Assembly (NCBI GenBank): GCA_965247115.1
Contig: CBDFGR010000003.1
Coordinates: 1,728,001-1,792,000 of the forward strand
DNA from: Myxococcota bacterium
Lineage (GTDB): Bacteria; Myxococcota_A; UBA9160; SZUA-336
Direction: 5' to 3'
Length of the DNA: 64,000 bases
Shown: in pieces, positions 1-10,211 of the stretch
Position numbering within the stretch: the first letter of the stretch is position 1
How the letters are laid out: each line of letters opens with the position of its first letter
The notes under the pieces: model-generated
The model's database searches: none
Seen by the model: the letters and a program-made list of their open reading frames with translations, nothing else
Told to the model about the DNA's origin: nothing
Position numbers and translations under genes: made by a program

Positions 1-2
1 TT

Positions 3-455
3 CGAGACCGCGAGCTTGCCGCGCTCGAATCTCTGCAACTTCCCGCCCGCCTGGAGCGCTTCGGCGACACCATTCTGGACTGCGCGCACACGCCCGACTC
101 CGCGCGGGAGCTGAGACGGACCCTGGGTGCGCTCTGGCCCGGTCGGCCCTGGGTGCTCGTCGTGAGCATTTCAGCGGACAAGGATGCCGCCAGGATTCTC
201 GCGGAGCTCGCGCCGCCATCCCGCGCGTGCATCGTGACCTCCGCCGAGCCCGTTCGCTCGCTCGCTCCAGAGGTTCTGAACGCTCTCGCGCGCGCCGCGG
301 GGATCGCTGAGGTCGAGTCGTCTGCGCAACCGGGGGACGCGCTGCAGCGAGCACGGGAGCTCGCGGGGCCCGACGAGCTGGTCGTGCTGACGGGATCCGT
401 CTACTTCGCGGGTGCGCTGCGGCCGCTCTTGGTGGGAGCCCAGAAGGGCGTGTAG
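3..455 (+). CDS. folC: Folylpolyglutamate synthase/dihydrofolate synthase, C-terminal part (5' end outside window)
   Basis: Frame open from base 3: LPARLERF..ILDCAHTPDS (FolC PGR / D-AH-P motifs), ADKD, and C-terminal VLTGSVYFAG. Confidence 0.85.
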   Translation, partial: RDRELAALESLQLPARLERFGDTILDCAHTPDSARELRRTLGALWPGRPWVLVVSISADKDAARILAELAPPSRACIVTSAEPVRSLAPEVLNALARAAGIAEVESSAQPGDALQRARELAGPDELVVLTGSVYFAGALRPLLVGAQKGV

Positions 456-503
456 AGTGGCGCTCGCTCGGCGCGGCTGCAGCGGGTTGGAAGGAGCACG
501 GAC

Positions 504-1568
504 GTGGCTTTGATTCGCAAGAAGACCGGGAATTTTCTCGAGGACTTCCGACTCGGTCAGGTCTTTCGCCACAAGGGTGGGCGCACGATCACGGAAGGTC
601 TCACCGCTCACTTCACGGACTTCTCGTTTACGACGAATCCGCTGCACAAGAACCTGCACTACGCGCAGACCTATGGCTACGATGGAATGCCCGTGTCGCC
701 CGGACTCGTGATGGCCGTGGCGTTTAGCCAGACGGTAGAGGATGTCTCCGAGAACGCGCGCGCGAACCTCGAGTACATCGACGTGCGCTTCGGCGCGGTC
801 GCCTACACCGGGGACACGATCGAGACCGAGACCACGGTGCTCGGCGTGCGACCGTCGAGGAGCCGCCCAGAGCTCGGCGTGGTCCACGTGCAGAGCGTGG
901 CGCGGAAGCAGACCGGTCAGGTTGTGGTCGCGTACCAGCGCAAAGTGCAGGTGTTCAGGCAGGACCTAGAAGCGACGCTCGAGCAAGGGGAGGTCGAGGC
1001 CGCCGACGTCGCGGTCGAGCTCGAGCTCCCTCCCTTCGACCCGAACACGAGCTACGTAGATCTGGCCCACCTGACGAACGCCGATACGTATCTCGAGGAC
1101 TTCACTCCAGGCGATACGATCGAGCACTCCCGCGGCCGGGTCGTAACGGACGAACACGTGTTTCTGACGGGGATGCTCGACAACACCTCGCAGGTGCACT
1201 GCAACCAGACCCTGATCGACCGCGATCCAGATCGTTACCTTGGTGGTCGGATCGTCATCTACGGCGGCATCCCGTTCGCCCTGTGTCTCGGCCTGTCGAG
1301 CGCCGACATCTCGGACAACAGCCTGGGAGACGTCGCCTACAAGACGGGCAGGCACACGGCCCCCATCTTTCCCGGCGACACGGTCTTCGCCTCGACCGAG
1401 ATCACAGGCATCCGTGCCTATCCCGACCGCGACGACCTCGGCATCCTCGAAGCCACTCTCCGCGGCCACAAGTTCGAGCGCAGAGCCGAAGAGGAACAAC
1501 GTACCGAGATCTTCGTGCTCGAGCGCGAGATCGCTGTCAAACGCCGATCGCACTACGCCAAGAGCTGA
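504..1568 (+). CDS. Double MaoC (hotdog) dehydratase, mesaconyl-CoA hydratase-like
   Basis: Two MaoC-type repeats (GNFLEDFRLGQ..RTITE and YLEDFTPGD..RVVTD); GGAG upstream of GTG. Confidence 0.8.
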   Translation: MALIRKKTGNFLEDFRLGQVFRHKGGRTITEGLTAHFTDFSFTTNPLHKNLHYAQTYGYDGMPVSPGLVMAVAFSQTVEDVSENARANLEYIDVRFGAVAYTGDTIETETTVLGVRPSRSRPELGVVHVQSVARKQTGQVVVAYQRKVQVFRQDLEATLEQGEVEAADVAVELELPPFDPNTSYVDLAHLTNADTYLEDFTPGDTIEHSRGRVVTDEHVFLTGMLDNTSQVHCNQTLIDRDPDRYLGGRIVIYGGIPFALCLGLSSADISDNSLGDVAYKTGRHTAPIFPGDTVFASTEITGIRAYPDRDDLGILEATLRGHKFERRAEEEQRTEIFVLEREIAVKRRSHYAKS

Positions 1569-1580
1569 TACCCTCTCCCG

Positions 1581-2450
1581 GTGATCCGGGAGCTCACTAC
1601 CGCCGATACTGCGGAGGCGCTTGCGCTGCTGCGGGCTCGGCCGCTGCACAACGTCTTTCTCGAGTACGTCGTGTCCATCGGCGGGCTCGGGTGGGCGAAC
1701 CGGCTGCTGGGCTACGAGGTCCGCGATCATATCGAGGCCATCCTGATGATCGGGCCCATCGGCGGGACGGTACTCGAAGTTCGCGACCCCCAGGCGAATG
1801 CACCGCTCGCGGAGGCCGCGAGCCGGCAGGCGCTCCGGCCGCGCCACCTGATCGGCTCGGAGGACGTGACCGAGCCCTTCTGGAGCGAGTACTCCGCGTA
1901 CGCTGCGGACCCCCTCTGGACGCGGCGCGAGCCCGTCTACCTGATCGATGCCAAAGGCCTGGAACGCGCTGGCCTGGCCAGCAAGTGTGGTCGGATCGAG
2001 TCGGCCCGCGAAAGTGACATCGACACGATCGTGGCCCACAGCGCACTCCAGCACTGCGAGGATCTCAAGGACGACCGCCGCGCGATGGACCCCGAGGGTT
2101 TCTTCGAGCGTCATCGGAAAGACGTGCGCGACGGGCGCTGGTGGGTGATCCGGCACAAGGGTCGGATCGCGTTTCAGGTGCACGTCGGAGTGCGGAGTCC
2201 GCACGCCGTACAGATAGGCGGCGTCTTTACACCGCCAGACATGCGCAACGAGGGGCATGCGAAGCGAGGAATGGCCGCCATCTCGGCGCGGCTCCTTGGC
2301 GAGCGGCCGCGCGTGTGTCTGTTCTGCGCGGAGGACAATCTCCCTGCCCGGCGTGTCTATGAATGCGTCGGCTATGCCATGGCACATCAGAACCGCAGCT
2401 GGTTGCTCGACGAGGCCTTCGTATCGGAGCTTCCGCAGGCGTACGCCTGA
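1581..2450 (+). CDS. GNAT family acetyltransferase (DUF4081-like N-terminus)
   Basis: C-terminal VQIGGVFTPPDMRNEGHA and N-PA-RVYE-VGY GNAT motifs. Confidence 0.8.
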   Translation: MIRELTTADTAEALALLRARPLHNVFLEYVVSIGGLGWANRLLGYEVRDHIEAILMIGPIGGTVLEVRDPQANAPLAEAASRQALRPRHLIGSEDVTEPFWSEYSAYAADPLWTRREPVYLIDAKGLERAGLASKCGRIESARESDIDTIVAHSALQHCEDLKDDRRAMDPEGFFERHRKDVRDGRWWVIRHKGRIAFQVHVGVRSPHAVQIGGVFTPPDMRNEGHAKRGMAAISARLLGERPRVCLFCAEDNLPARRVYECVGYAMAHQNRSWLLDEAFVSELPQAYA

Positions 2451-2485
2451 GCTCGAGGCAGGCGAGACCAGCGCTGGAGAATACG

Positions 2486-4381
2486 ATGTCGAGCAAGTTC
2501 GAGGAGACCTACCGACGCTCGATCGAAAAGCCCGACGACTTCTGGGCGGAGGCGGCCGAGGAGCTGCACTGGTTCCAGAGGTGGGATCGCGTACTGGATG
2601 ACTCCCGCCCGCCGTTCACGCGCTGGTTCTCCGGTGGCCGCGTCAATACCTGCTACAACGCGGTTGATCGTCACGTTGCCGAGGGACGAGGCGAGCAGGC
2701 CGCTCTGATATGGGACAGCCCGGTCGCGGGAGCAGCGGCGTCGTTGACGTATCGCGAGCTGCAGACTGAGGTGGCCGTTCTGGCGGGCGCCCTGCGCGGT
2801 CTCGGCGTCGAAGCAGGAGATCGCGTGCTCATCTACATGCCGAACGTACCGGAAGCCGCCGTGGCCATGCTGGCCTGCGCGCGCATCGGCGCCGTACACT
2901 CCGTAGTGTTCGGTGGATTTGCATCGAACGAACTCGCCACACGCATCGACGATGCCCGCCCAAAGATCGTGCTCGCCGCCTCCTGCGGTCTGGAGCCCAA
3001 CCGCGTTGTCGAGTACAAACCCTTGCTCGACGGCGCGATCGAGATCGCGACGCACACGCCGGAAGCGTGCGTCTACCTGCAGCGCCCGCAGTGTCCCGCC
3101 GAGCTCGACGCGCCGCGCGACCTCGATTGGACAGACCTGGTTTCCGCCGCAGAGCCTGTGGACTGCGTGTCGCTCCCAGCGACCGACCCGCTCTACATCC
3201 TCTACACGTCGGGGACCACGGGCGTTCCGAAAGGGGTCGTGCGGGACCAGGGCGGCCACATGGTCGCGCTCCACTGGAGCATGAAGAACGTATACGGGCT
3301 GGAGCCGGGCGAGGTCTTCTGGGCGGCGTCCGATGTGGGCTGGGTCGTGGGCCACTCCTACATCGTGTACGCCCCGCTCCTGTACGGCTGCTCGTCAATC
3401 ATGTTCGAGGGCAAGCCGGTCGGCACTCCGGACGCCTCTGCCTACTGGCGCGTCATCTCGGAGAACCGCGTGAAGGTGCTCTTCACCGCGCCCACGGCCT
3501 TTCGTGCGATCAAGCGCGAGGACCCGAACGCCGAGCTCATGAAGGGGCACGACCTCTCGGCGTTTCGCACGCTGTTCCTGGCCGGAGAGCGGGCAGATCC
3601 CGACACCATTCAGTGGGCGGAGGACGCCCTCTCCGTGCCGGTGATCGATCACTGGTGGCAGACGGAGAGCGGCTGGCCCATGGCCGCGAACTGCCTCGGC
3701 ATCGAGCCCTTGCCGGTCAAGCACGGCTCCCCGACGCGCGCCGTACCCGGCTACGACATTGCGGTGCTCGACGAGAGCGGGGAGCCCGTCGCGCCTGGCG
3801 ACACCGGGGCGATCTGCGTTCGGCTCCCGCTCCCGCCCGGCACGTTCCCCACCCTATGGAACAACGACGATGGCTACGTGGACACCTACCTGTCCCGCTA
3901 CGCGGGGTTCTATGAAACCGCCGACGCAGGCTTCATGGACGAGGACGGCTACCTCTGGATCATGAGCCGCACCGACGACATCATCAATGTCGCCGGCCAT
4001 CGCCTTTCGACGGGGGGGATGGAAGAGGTCATCGCCTCCCATCCGGACGTGGCCGAGTGCGCCGTGATCGGCGTCGCGGACTCCCTGAAGGGCCAGATCC
4101 CGCTGGGCCTCGCCGTCCTGAAGGCGGGCGTAGAACGCTCGGAGCTAGAGATCACGAACGAGATCATCGCGCTCGTTCGAGAGAAGATCGGTCCGGTCGC
4201 CGCCTTCAAGCAGGCCACCGTGGTAAAGAACCTGCCGAAGACACGCTCGGGCAAGGTGCTGCGTGGCACCATGCGCAGCATCGCGGACTCCGAGGAGTAC
4301 CGCGTCCCAGCCACGATCGACGACCCCGAGGTCCTGAAAGAGATCGAGCACGCCCTGCAGCTCCTCGGCTACGCGAGCTGA
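2486..4381 (+). CDS. prpE: Propionyl-CoA synthetase
   Basis: YILYTSGTTGVPKG, DHWWQTESG, LPKTRSGK motifs; GGAG RBS before ATG 2486. Confidence 0.88.
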   Translation: MSSKFEETYRRSIEKPDDFWAEAAEELHWFQRWDRVLDDSRPPFTRWFSGGRVNTCYNAVDRHVAEGRGEQAALIWDSPVAGAAASLTYRELQTEVAVLAGALRGLGVEAGDRVLIYMPNVPEAAVAMLACARIGAVHSVVFGGFASNELATRIDDARPKIVLAASCGLEPNRVVEYKPLLDGAIEIATHTPEACVYLQRPQCPAELDAPRDLDWTDLVSAAEPVDCVSLPATDPLYILYTSGTTGVPKGVVRDQGGHMVALHWSMKNVYGLEPGEVFWAASDVGWVVGHSYIVYAPLLYGCSSIMFEGKPVGTPDASAYWRVISENRVKVLFTAPTAFRAIKREDPNAELMKGHDLSAFRTLFLAGERADPDTIQWAEDALSVPVIDHWWQTESGWPMAANCLGIEPLPVKHGSPTRAVPGYDIAVLDESGEPVAPGDTGAICVRLPLPPGTFPTLWNNDDGYVDTYLSRYAGFYETADAGFMDEDGYLWIMSRTDDIINVAGHRLSTGGMEEVIASHPDVAECAVIGVADSLKGQIPLGLAVLKAGVERSELEITNEIIALVREKIGPVAAFKQATVVKNLPKTRSGKVLRGTMRSIADSEEYRVPATIDDPEVLKEIEHALQLLGYAS

Positions 4382-4401
4382 GACCTCGTCGCGGCGAGGG
4401 G

Positions 4402-5109
4402 TTAGCGGAGTGCGTAGGTGGCTCGCAGGTAACGAACGATGTCGGCGGACTCGAACATTGCCTGGTCCGTGTTCGGGTCGACCAGGTAGGGGACCATCAG
4501 CTTGCCGGAGCGCTTCTCGAAGGCGTCGCGTTGGGCGCTGCCGTTCGCGACGTTGTGCAGCAGGTACGGGAGCTCCAGGCTGGACAGCTCCTCGCGCACG
4601 ATACGAGAGAACGGGGAGGCTTCGTAGCTGTAGAGCTCGAGAGGCGCTTCCGGCTCTCGCGCTGGACGCCGCCAGATGCCGAGGCCCAGTCGGAACATTC
4701 CGCTCAGCATTGAGGAGAGGTCTGTGAGGGGGCCACCGGCGAGAGGCAGGGGGATGCTGCCGTCGCCGTAGGTCTCGAACAGGTAGCGGACGATGTCATC
4801 CGATTCGTACATCTCGCGCCCCGTGTTCGGGTCGAGCAGGTACGGAAACTGTGCCTTGCCGCCGCGCTCGATCAGGCCCGGCCGGAAGCGCGTGCCGTTC
4901 CTGGGGCAGGGGTAGACGCTGGCGTCGAGGTCGAGGATGGAGAGGGCTTCTCGGACCTTGCGGCAATACGGGCAGCCCTCGAAGTCCCAGAGCTCGAGTG
5001 GCTGCTCGGGTCTGGGACCGACCCCGGCCACCTGAGCTCCGGCGCCGAGCCGCAGCAGAGTGGCGGTGACCGAGCTTCCCACGTCGAGCGTGCGCAAAAT
5101 CCCAGGCAT
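4402..5109 (-). CDS. Tandem glutathione S-transferase N-terminal (glutaredoxin-like) domain protein
   Basis: CPYCRKVRE..PYLLDPNTG..ES-DIV-YL domain repeated (second copy SPFS); ATG at 5109. Confidence 0.85.
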   Translation of the reverse strand: MPGILRTLDVGSSVTATLLRLGAGAQVAGVGPRPEQPLELWDFEGCPYCRKVREALSILDLDASVYPCPRNGTRFRPGLIERGGKAQFPYLLDPNTGREMYESDDIVRYLFETYGDGSIPLPLAGGPLTDLSSMLSGMFRLGLGIWRRPAREPEAPLELYSYEASPFSRIVREELSSLELPYLLHNVANGSAQRDAFEKRSGKLMVPYLVDPNTDQAMFESADIVRYLRATYALR

Positions 5110-5165
5110 CAGATCTCTCCGGGATGTGCGCGCTGGGTGTCGAAGTCGAAGTAGATGATGCGCAT
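5109..5165 (-). CDS. 18-aa micro-ORF MRIIYFDFDTQRAHPGEI, possible sulfatase N-terminal remnant or coupling peptide
   Basis: GAGGAG 8 nt upstream of ATG; stop overlaps the next start (TGATG). Confidence 0.4.
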   Translation of the reverse strand: MRIIYFDFDTQRAHPGEI

Positions 5166-5177
5166 GTCCGCGTCTCC

Positions 5178-7127
5178 TCAGGCCAGCTCCGGGCGATCCC
5201 GATAGTGATCGAGCACCTCGGGGTTTGCCAGCGCGTCCACGTTTCGGACCGGTCGCCCGTGGATCAACTCGCGCACTGCCAGCTCTACGATCTTGCCGCT
5301 CTTGGTCCGCGGGATGTCGGGCACCTGGAGGATCACCGCGGGCACGTGGCGGGGCGAAGCCTCGAGCCGCACCTCCCGGCGAATGCGTGCGCACAGCGTC
5401 TCGTCGAGCTCGAGCCCCTCTCGCAGCCGTACGAAGAGCACGATCCGCATGTCTTCCTGCCACTCCTGCCCCACCGCCAGAGCCTCCAGAACTTCGTCCA
5501 GGTGCTCGACGGGCCGGTAGATCTCCGCCGTGCCGATGCGCACGCCGCCAGGGTTCAAGACCGCGTCGGAGCGGCCGCTGATCACCATGCCGCCGTGCTC
5601 GGTGCGCCGGACCCAGTCCCCGTGGCACCAGGCGCCGGGAAAGCGCTCGAAGTACGCGGCGCGATAGCGCTCCCCGTCGGGGTCGTTCCAGAAGCAGAGG
5701 GGCATAGACGGGAACGGTGCGGTGCAGACGAGCTCGCCGGCCTCGCCCTCGATGGCACGGCCGGTGTCAGAAAAGACCTCGACCTTCATGCCTAGCGCGC
5801 TCGCCTGGATCTCCCCACGCCACACCGGGCTCGTGGGGTCTCCGAGCACGAAGCAGCCGACGATGTCGGTACCGCCAGAAATCGAGGCGAGCCACACGTC
5901 CTCTTTGATCTTCGCGTATACGTAGTCGAAGCTCTCCGGCGCAAGCGGCGAGCCGGTGGAGAGGATCGTGCGCAGACTGCTGAGGTCGTGGCTCTCCCGT
6001 GGCTCTGCGCCAGCTTTGGAGAGCGCGTCGATGTACTTCGCCGAGGTGCCGAAGATGGTCGTGTGCTCGCGCTCGGCCATGTCAAAGAGCGCGTCGCGGC
6101 CCGGCCAGAACGCCGAGCCGTCGTAGAGCAGGAGCGTTGCCTCCGAGGCCAGGCCCGACACGAGCCAGTTCCACATCATCCAGCCGCAGGTCGTGAAGTA
6201 GAACAGCCGATCGTCGCGGCGCAGATCGCAATGCAGCTGGTGCTCGACCAGGTGCTTGAGCAGCGTACCCCCCGTCCGGTGCACGATGCACTTGGGCGTG
6301 CCCGTCGTACCCGAGGAGTAGAGGATGGCGAGCGGCTGGTCGAAGGGGAAGCGCTCGAACGAGGACTCCGCGGCGGGCTCGGAGCGCGCGATCTCGTCGA
6401 AGCGCGGCAGCCCGGCGAGCGGGTCGGATGCCCCAGTGGTGCCTGCGAAGGGCACCACGACCACGTGCTCGACGCTCGGAAGTCCTGCGCGCAGCTGAGC
6501 CACGCGTTCGCGCAGGTCATGGGTCTTGCCGTTGTAGAAGTACCCGTCGACGGCGAACAGGACTTTTGGCTCGATCTGTCCGAATCGATCGAGCACGCCG
6601 CGCACGCCGAAGTCCGGAGAGCACGACGACCAGATGGCCCCGATCGAGGCGCTGGCGAGAAACGCGGCGATGGTCTCGGGAAGATTCGGGAGGTAGCCTG
6701 CGACTCGATCTCCGCGCTGGACCCCCATCTCCCGCAACGCCGCCGCCAGCGACGCGACGCGTCGCTCGAGCTGCAGACACGAGATCGACACGCGCTCTCC
6801 CGGCTCAGACCAAAAGACGAGAGCTTCCGCGTCGTCCCGCCTGCGCAGCAGGTTCTCCGCAAAGCTGAGCGAAGCACCAGGAAAGAAGCGGGCTCCGGGC
6901 AGCTCGTCGCCGGCCACGAGCACCGGGTCGTCTCCAGGGTCGCCGAGGACCTCGCAGAAGTCCCACGCGAGCCGCCAGAATTGCGCCATCGACTCGACGG
7001 ACCAGCGCTGCAGCGCCTGGTAGCTCTCGAAGTGCTGCCCTGTCTCTGCTTCGACGCGCCGCCAGAAGGCGCGCAGCCGGGATCCCTCGACCCGTTCGGG
7101 GGAGGGAGACCAGAGTGGCCGGCTCAC
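5178..7127 (-). CDS. Acetoacetate-CoA ligase
   Basis: PLWSPS start, [40 protein letters not shown] start overlaps the asd stop. Confidence 0.9.
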   Translation of the reverse strand: MSRPLWSPSPERVEGSRLRAFWRRVEAETGQHFESYQALQRWSVESMAQFWRLAWDFCEVLGDPGDDPVLVAGDELPGARFFPGASLSFAENLLRRRDDAEALVFWSEPGERVSISCLQLERRVASLAAALREMGVQRGDRVAGYLPNLPETIAAFLASASIGAIWSSCSPDFGVRGVLDRFGQIEPKVLFAVDGYFYNGKTHDLRERVAQLRAGLPSVEHVVVVPFAGTTGASDPLAGLPRFDEIARSEPAAESSFERFPFDQPLAILYSSGTTGTPKCIVHRTGGTLLKHLVEHQLHCDLRRDDRLFYFTTCGWMMWNWLVSGLASEATLLLYDGSAFWPGRDALFDMAEREHTTIFGTSAKYIDALSKAGAEPRESHDLSSLRTILSTGSPLAPESFDYVYAKIKEDVWLASISGGTDIVGCFVLGDPTSPVWRGEIQASALGMKVEVFSDTGRAIEGEAGELVCTAPFPSMPLCFWNDPDGERYRAAYFERFPGAWCHGDWVRRTEHGGMVISGRSDAVLNPGGVRIGTAEIYRPVEHLDEVLEALAVGQEWQEDMRIVLFVRLREGLELDETLCARIRREVRLEASPRHVPAVILQVPDIPRTKSGKIVELAVRELIHGRPVRNVDALANPEVLDHYRDRPELA

Positions 7128-8152
7128 CTGAGACCGCGGTCCAGCAATTCCTCGGCGATCTGCACCGCGTTCGTGGCCGCGCCCTTGCGGAGGTTGTCGC
7201 CGACGGTCCAGAGCCACAGGCGCTGGCTTGCAAGGTCCCTTCGCACTCGACCCACGAAGATCTCGTCGCGCCCGGCCGCCAGCTCGGGCGTCGGGACGAC
7301 GTTGGAGCCGCAGTCGTCGACGAGCTCCACGCCAGGGAAGGCCGCGAGCGCGTCGCGCGCAGCCTCCACGGACAGGGGGCGCTCCGTCTCGACCAGGACC
7401 GATGCGGAATGGCCGACGGGGACCGGCACGCGCACGCAGGTCATGGTCACGTCGACCTCCGGAAGTGCCATGACCTTGCGGGTCTCGAACAGGAGCTTGA
7501 CCTCTTCGGTCGAGTAGCCATCGTCGCGGAACGACTCGCAGAGCGGCACCACGTTATTCGCGATCCTGGCGGCGAACTGACGCGGAGCCGGAACCTCCGC
7601 CCCGATGTGAATGGCATGTTGCTGAGCTTCGAGCTCTTCGACACCGGGCAGTCCCGCACCGCTCACCGCCTGCAGTGTGGTTACCACAGCGCTCTTTACA
7701 CCAGCCGCCCGGTGCAGTGGCTCCAGCGCCATGACAAAGGGGATCGTGGTGCAGTTTGGAGAGGCGAGGATGCCCTGGTGCTTCTCCACGGCTTCGCCGT
7801 TCACTTCGGGAATCACGAGGGGCACGTCGTCGTGCATGCGCCAGGTTGCCGACTTGTCGATCGCGATCCCCCCGCGCTGCACGACCTCGGGCGCCAGCTC
7901 CCTGGAGAGCTCCCCTGTTGCGGCGAAGAACACGAAGTCCGCGCCGTCGAAGGCTTCGGGTCGCGCGACCTCGACGCGCAGCGGCTCGCCCCGAAAGTGA
8001 ATCTCGCGGCCGGCCGAGCGGTCGCTCGCGAGGGGGCGCAGCTCCGAAATAGGAAAAGCGCGCTCCTCGAGCAGACGCAGGAGTACCTCGCCCACCGCGC
8101 CGGTTGCACCACACACGGCGACAACACGGCCGCGCCCGCTCGACTCCGCCAT
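7124..8152 (-). CDS. asd: Aspartate-semialdehyde dehydrogenase
   Basis: [44 protein letters not shown]. Confidence 0.95.
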   Translation of the reverse strand: MAESSGRGRVVAVCGATGAVGEVLLRLLEERAFPISELRPLASDRSAGREIHFRGEPLRVEVARPEAFDGADFVFFAATGELSRELAPEVVQRGGIAIDKSATWRMHDDVPLVIPEVNGEAVEKHQGILASPNCTTIPFVMALEPLHRAAGVKSAVVTTLQAVSGAGLPGVEELEAQQHAIHIGAEVPAPRQFAARIANNVVPLCESFRDDGYSTEEVKLLFETRKVMALPEVDVTMTCVRVPVPVGHSASVLVETERPLSVEAARDALAAFPGVELVDDCGSNVVPTPELAAGRDEIFVGRVRRDLASQRLWLWTVGDNLRKGAATNAVQIAEELLDRGLR

Positions 8153-8274
8153 CTCCAGGCCCTCCGGGCGCAATCGTATCGCCTACCCCTGCTCTTCGCC
8201 AAAGGGAGGTCTCACCTGCGGGCTGCCGCCGGGCGACCGAACGCCCTACCTTCAGGACTGCGGGGGAAGTCATC

Positions 8275-10125
8275 ATGGACGCCGACGAAGAGCGATTCCA
8301 GGCGCGGGAGATCGGGCTCTCGACGCAGCTGAGTCCGCTGCGAAAGACCACAAAGGCCCGATCGGTCCAGGAGCTCACTCGGGAGCAGCTAGAGCACTTC
8401 TGCATCGATCCGGAGAGCCCTCTCGGGGTTCGCCTGCGAGACGTGGTCGAGCACATCTATCATGCGGACGCGGGCCTGAACCACCTGTGGAGCGACACGG
8501 TCCGGGTGCTTGCCGGACTCGAGCGTCGGGACCGGATCGCGTTCTTCAATGCCAAGCGCTTTCTGTGCTTCCAGCTCGCAAAGCTGCTCGATACGCTCCA
8601 GAGCCCGCTGCGAAAGAGCTACCAGTCGCTGGTGCCAAGGCAGACGACTCAGACAGCGAAGGGACCCTACTCGCTGTTCGACAACGTGACCGCGGTGTTC
8701 AGCTCCACGCCGGTCATCACGCGTACCGCAACGTATCTGTACGCTTGCACGGAGTGGATCGACGACGCGTTCCAGGGCAAGGAGCTTCTGCACGAGATCT
8801 ACTCCCGCCTGATGAACCCCACGTCGACGTGCCTGGCAAACCACATCGTTGACCTCGAGGCTGGACCCCTTGCAGGTGAGTACTTCGCCTGGAACTTCAA
8901 CTCCGGAATGGCCGCGATCGATGCCACCCTCGGCCACCTGGTCGGCTACCAGGACATGGTCCTCTCCAGTCGCAACATCTATGGCGGCGCATACCAGCTG
9001 CTGCACGACTGGTACGGCAAGCCGGGCAATCTGGACGTCGCCGTGCACTGGTTCGACGGCTGCACTGCGAATGCCTTCCGCGAGGGCCTCGAACGTGTGC
9101 GTACGGCGTGCCCCGCGCGGCTCGAGCAGGGGAGGCAGATCTTTGTCTACCTCGAGTCGCCCTGCAATCCGCACGGCTACGTGCTTGACGTGCCCGGCAT
9201 CTGTCGCGCCGCGCACGACGAGGGCCTCGAGGTCATCTGTGATGCGACGATCGGAACGCCCATGCTGCAGCCGGTTCTCAGGCGCGAAGATCCGCTCGAG
9301 CGACCGGATTTCGTCCTGCACTCGTATACAAAGGATCTCGTCGGCACGGGTACGACCACGGCGGGGGTGGCGATCGCCCGGAACGAACGCATGTTCATAC
9401 CGAAAGGCGAATCCCTCGAGGGAACGGGGCCCGACGGCGCAGCCCGGATCTACCGCTGGGACGAGACGCTGTTCTGGAACGTCTACTTCGTGAAGGGCGC
9501 GTTTCTCGATTCCGACAAGGCCTTCGAGGTGATCAATGGCATGCGAACACTCGAGGTACGCATGCTCCGAAAGTGCATCAACACGATCGTCCTCGCGCGA
9601 GTGCTGGCCCACCATCCGGATATCAACGTCAAGTGCTCGGCTGTCGAGGGAGACGCGAACGCCGACCTGTGCCGTGAGCACATGTTCCTGGGTCTGGCGC
9701 CCCCGCTGTTCACGTTCGACCTGGAGGGCGATCAAACCACGGCGCCTGCATTCGGGATCCCGGACTTCAAGCGCTTCTTCGACTGCCTGGAGCCCGCCTT
9801 CGGGCTACAGGTGAGTCTCGGTCAGGTGAACACGGTGGTGCTGTGTCCCGCGCTCACCAGCCACTCCGAGCTGGCGGGAGATGCGCTCACAGACGCAGGA
9901 ATCTCCGAGACAACGATTCGCGTCGCCGTGGGTGGCGAGGATCCGCGGACTCTGATCGCGCACTTGATGCGCGCCGCGGAGCTCGCGCTCGAACCGGTGC
10001 GCCCGGGCTTCGTCGCCAGGTTCATGAGCCAGGACGAGATCGACGCGCTCTACCGCGAGGTGTACGTCGACGTGCACACGCGCTACGTGCACGCTCAGCC
10101 CGACATGGAGGCGCTGCTCCTCTGA
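8275..10125 (+). CDS. PLP-dependent Cys/Met metabolism (trans-sulfuration family) enzyme with a long N-terminal extension
   Basis: IYSRLMNPT, FNSGMAAI, YGG, LESPCNP, D-T, HSYTK (PLP lysine), VSLG..CPALTSHS, IRVAVGGED. Confidence 0.85.
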   Translation: MDADEERFQAREIGLSTQLSPLRKTTKARSVQELTREQLEHFCIDPESPLGVRLRDVVEHIYHADAGLNHLWSDTVRVLAGLERRDRIAFFNAKRFLCFQLAKLLDTLQSPLRKSYQSLVPRQTTQTAKGPYSLFDNVTAVFSSTPVITRTATYLYACTEWIDDAFQGKELLHEIYSRLMNPTSTCLANHIVDLEAGPLAGEYFAWNFNSGMAAIDATLGHLVGYQDMVLSSRNIYGGAYQLLHDWYGKPGNLDVAVHWFDGCTANAFREGLERVRTACPARLEQGRQIFVYLESPCNPHGYVLDVPGICRAAHDEGLEVICDATIGTPMLQPVLRREDPLERPDFVLHSYTKDLVGTGTTTAGVAIARNERMFIPKGESLEGTGPDGAARIYRWDETLFWNVYFVKGAFLDSDKAFEVINGMRTLEVRMLRKCINTIVLARVLAHHPDINVKCSAVEGDANADLCREHMFLGLAPPLFTFDLEGDQTTAPAFGIPDFKRFFDCLEPAFGLQVSLGQVNTVVLCPALTSHSELAGDALTDAGISETTIRVAVGGEDPRTLIAHLMRAAELALEPVRPGFVARFMSQDEIDALYREVYVDVHTRYVHAQPDMEALLL

Positions 10126-10211
10126 TCGACCTGGTATCTTGCTGCTAGGGGTGAGCGCCACATCGCAGCGAGACGAGCTCTTGGACTGACTCCTGCGCTA
10201 GCGTATCCGGC

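Noticed and set aside
8153..8274. SAM/SAH riboswitch ahead of the Cys/Met enzyme
   Set aside because: No recognisable conserved core; the short gap appears to be occupied by divergent -10 boxes
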